A DNA stretch of 64,000 bases from Macrostomum lignano (Eukaryota). Location of the stretch: contig NIVC01000273.1 of NCBI GenBank assembly GCA_002269645.1, positions 1 to 64,000 of the forward strand. Reading direction: 5' to 3'. The notes beneath the pieces are model-generated. The model was not told the DNA's origin, did no database searches, and saw only the letters and a list, made by a program, of their open reading frames with translations. Of this stretch, positions 60,440 to 64,000 are shown piece by piece (positions within the stretch are counted from its first letter, which is position 1; every line of letters begins with the position of its first letter). Made by a program: the position numbers and the translations under genes.

Positions 60440-60800
60440 CTGTCGTCCAGTCTTCCAGTCTGCCGACCTTCTGATCTGCGTTCTTTCAGTCTTCCGATCT
60501 TCCGGTCCTTCAGTATTACCGGATTCTCTGGTCTTCCTGTCTACCACTCCTCCCATCTTCCAGTTTCAGAGTCTTCCCATCTTCCAGTCTTCCGAACTTC
60601 TAATCATCCGGCCGTCCGGTCTTCCAGTCCTCCGATCTTTTGGCTTTTCAGTCTTCCAGTCTTCCAGTCTGCCGACCTTCTGATCAGCGTTCTTCCAGTC
60701 TTCCGATCTTCCGGTCCTTCAGTATTCGGGATCCTCTGGTCTTCCTGTCTACCCCTCTTCTTACTTTCCAGTCTTCCAGTATTGCGATTTTAGTCTTCCA
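60440..60800. repeat. Low-complexity TCTTCCAG-based repeat with a ~200-bp higher-order duplication
   Basis: TCTTCCAGTCTGCCGACCTTCTGATC...CCGGTCCTTCAGTATT occurs at ~60450 and ~60660. Confidence 0.8.
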
Positions 60801-62022
60801 GGATTCCAGTTTTTCTCACTGTTTTCGTCTAATTCTAACAGTCGTTATAAAAAATTCTTGTTGCCTATGGTCCAATATACTGCTAATACCGAAGATTGAA
60901 AATTTCTATAACATTTCTGCCTGGTAAATCGGGTGGGATTTAAGTTTTCGCAAGTTTTTAAAAACTGGAATCGGATCAAAATTTAACGTGAAAGGGTGAA
61001 TAATTCAGGACGGGAAACTAAAATCATGGTGAAAAATGTACGACACTCGTTTCAAAGCATTACTCTCGTATCTATGGCTAAGCCTTATACAAATCAACAT
61101 GTTTTATTTTCTCATCATCTGCTTACATAACAGAAAGACTTTCAAACTCGCTGGCTTTTAAAGACCCGATTATAGGTGTGAGGCTCTCAAACTTGCAGTA
61201 CTGAATATATTATTCAAGGTAGTGTATCTTTTAATCAACAAGAACGCATAGGCACAATGCAAAGCAATGAATGGTTTGAGCGGGGTGGAGCTCACGCAGT
61301 TTCTCTCTGTGCCTCTGTTATTCAATCATCAACCCTGCAGGCTGCTGGCTTTTCTCTCAAACCTCAGCTTCGTTATTGTCATTTGGGCATTGAGGTTGGC
61401 TAATCTAAAGCTGGTCTGTTTGGATAGCTGAGTTCGACACAAGTAGAGGTTGTTGTTGTTCGTTCCAATGTTCCAGTGCTTTTCCAGTGCTTACACAAAT
61501 ATAAAGCCCTTTTGGGGTTTAACCTTTAACTGAACAGAACGCTACACACGCAGATGTAAATGAAGCGTCGTTGCGCACGAATGCCTAGAGAATGCAGCGC
61601 GTTTACGAGTAGTAAAAAGTCCTTGATCTACACTAAGTTTTTAAACCCCAACGACTCAGCCATTCGGATGAGACTGTTTTCAATTGGCATCTCCATGATA
61701 GTAACTCTGTGGGCGGCGTGGCTTATACATTGAATAAAAGGATTGTTGGGTGAAAATGGTATGTCAAAGCATAATAAGTAGTGAATAATGTGCTTAAATT
61801 ATCTATACTGCTACAGAATTCCTGCCCCGGTTAGTGTACTGGGCCCTCTTTATACCTTGACAGAAAACAGCACTGCAGATTGTTTTAGCCGAAACCGGAT
61901 GATATTGTTTTCATAATTTCATGGGCATAAACACCCGTCAGGTCAAAATTTTTATATAAAAAAGCTCTCCGCCAAGGTGGGTCCAGGATTTGCCCGTGAG
62001 TATCATCTAACAGTGAGGTGCA

Positions 62023-64000
62023 ATGGGTTGCTACCCAAGCCGATCGACGCCGCACAGTTCCAACGGCCTCGAAACTCCGAGAGTTCAGATTGTCATCAAT
62101 GTTGAAGCACAGAAAGAGCCGATAGGACCAGGATCATTAGGTCGCGAGAATTCATCTGTCAACATTTCTTGCTACGTTAATGAAGATCCTCAGAATGAGT
62201 ATCGACGACAACCGAGCTTCAGTCGGACAATCAAAGGAGGTACGAATTATGAAAATCATGAGCAGTCGACTCAACAAAACTATGGCGATACTTTCAAGTC
62301 TAGAGGTTTGAGAAAAAATAAAGTGCAACCTCTTCCACTGTCAGAAAAGGACTCTACATGTACAAGCTATTCTAGTGAAGAGGCGTGGAAATAAAAAACC
62401 CTCCAACATAAAAATAAACGAAAGCCTTGGAAATCAAAACAAAACAAGGTGCGACCTGTTGCCGATACGGATCAAGTGCATCCGAGTCCACCGACCACTG
62501 AAGAAAAGGCTTCAGATTCAGCTACGGATCAAGTGCATCCGAGTCCACCGACCACTGAAGAAAAGCCTTCTGATTCAGCTACGGATCAAGTGCATCCGAG
62601 TCCACCGACCACTGATGAAAAGCCCGCTCAATCAGCTACGGATCAAGTGCATCCGAGTCCACCGACCACTGATGAAAAGGCTTCAGATTCAGCTACGGAT
62701 CAAGTGCATCCGAGTCCGCCGACCACTGAAGAAAAGCCCTCTGATTCAGCTATGGATCAAGTGCATCCGAGTCCGCCGACCACTGAAGAAAAGCCCTCTG
62801 ATCCAGCTATGGAGCAAGTGCATCCGAGTCCGCCGACCACTGAAGAAAAGCCCTCTAATTCAGCTGAAACGACGACCAATCAGTTTGAAAACTCGGCCCA
62901 GTCAACTGACAAGAAAAAAATATCGATTGATTTTGAAGCTTTTCAAATAATCGACTCATGTTTTTGTGGTAACGTTTTGTTTTTTTGAATCATTTTCTAC
63001 CCAAATATGTTGTTTTTGCAAAAATTCTTTCCTCGTTTAACAGACTCCAGGACATGCCACAACGTCACTGGAGTCATTGGCTGCTCACCTGTGCGAAGTT
63101 GCAAAAACCGACATCGAAAAAGTTCGAGCTGCTTATAAATGGATTACAAGAAACATTTCGTAAGCTTTTTTATTTTATTTGTAATTAAAAAGACAACTCC
63201 ACTGCACAATCAGCAATATAGAATACACCCAAAACAATCAGATACGACGTAAAGTCTCTTTCGGACTTTGAACAGCGTCTTCCCAATGATCCTGAGTCAG
63301 TGCTGAAAAACCGAGTATGCGTCTGTGAGGGCTACGCACGCTTACTGCAAAAGCTTTGCGAGTGAGTTAAGATTTCATAACTTTTTACGTAAATATTTCT
63401 CAGCGCTTCAGGCAATGCCGAGCTTGTTTCCCACACCAAAAAGGCATCGATTGAAGTGAATGGAGAGGTGACCCTTAAATTCAGAGGAACGGGCTAGCCA
63501 CTCACAGTTTTTAAAGCCAAATTCGTAGATCCCAACACAGGAACCAGAATTAGTAGTGGAAAGTACATCGCGACTGTTTTAAACCGCGCAACGAACGAAG
63601 CCACGGTAACAGCGAGGCCACCGGACTGCGAAAACGAGTATGAGCTGCAGGTATTCGGGACCACCATCGAAAACGCCTCGAAAAGTGACTGCCTGGTGTC
63701 CTATAAGCTGCGCTCTCTTGCCTTCTCGCGCCGCTCCGACTTTCCAGACTTTGACGGCCACTATGGAATCGATCAGGATCCGCGGAATTTTGGATATCCA
63801 AGTGACTTCTGCTCGAATCAGAAATTTTGGATCCGAGTAGAGAGCAGCGAATACGAGCTCAAGATCCCACTGTCGATTCGAACTAGTGCATCAGCTACAA
63901 TTAAATTCGCAGGTGACTCGGAGCCTGATAAGAAGTTGTGTGTGCTTGAGATCACCAACGATTTTCTGACGGTGCACTTGCGACTCACCCGTGTTGGCTT
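62023..64000 (+). pseudogene. KY (kyphoscoliosis peptidase)/hillarin-like transglutaminase-fold gene, disrupted, running off the window
   Basis: MGCYPS N-terminus and 19-aa repeats. Exon ~63044-63169 encodes SLESLAAHL...DIEKVRAAYKWITRNI; exon 63242-63361 encodes YD...VLKNRVCVCEGYARLLQKLC; the exon from 63404 encodes the C-terminal beta region. In-frame stops at 62392-62394 and 63495-63497. Confidence 0.7.
62461..62870 (+). repeat. 57-bp coding tandem repeat, ~7 copies (ATDQVHPSPPTTEEKPSDS)
   Basis: Unit GCTACGGATCAAGTGCATCCGAGTCCACCGACCACTGAAGAAAAGCCTTCTGATTCA. Confidence 0.95.

Noticed and set aside
62375-62950. 191-aa alternative-frame ORF (IKCIRVHRPL repeats)
   Set aside because: Shadow frame of the 57-bp coding repeat; the DQVHPSPPTT frame is the one continuous with the MGC start and the KY-like exons.

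Overview
Repeat-rich invertebrate (metazoan) genomic DNA, not prokaryotic: GT-AG introns, CORE-type and tRNA-type SINEs, (TTAGGG)n tracts and a PAN+F-type lectin gene. A free-living flatworm such as Macrostomum is plausible, but this is inference only. The most interesting content is a three-copy gene cluster at 4.3-30.7 kb. Each copy pairs a spliced tandem-RRM unit (RBMS/alan-shepard-like) with one giant exon (~830-850 aa). That exon encodes an IFIT-like TPR scaffold followed by a C-terminal helical domain carrying a HEPN-type RNxxxH motif (RNKAEH). Copy A (+) and copies B/B' (-) have diverged sensor halves but ~96% identical effector halves. B and B' are a near-identical 5.1-kb duplication, and B carries a 1-bp frameshift. 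This reads as a candidate, apparently undescribed RNA-sensing ribonuclease (antiviral-like) system. The rest of the window holds a deleted mariner, a BEL/Pao LTR element with an extended tRNA-Lys PBS, a truncated Gypsy, a Penelope-like element, a lectin gene, an ~18-kb head-to-tail Helitron-like array turning into satellite DNA, and a disrupted KY/hillarin-like gene at the right end. All domain calls were made by eye from motifs; no database search was run.
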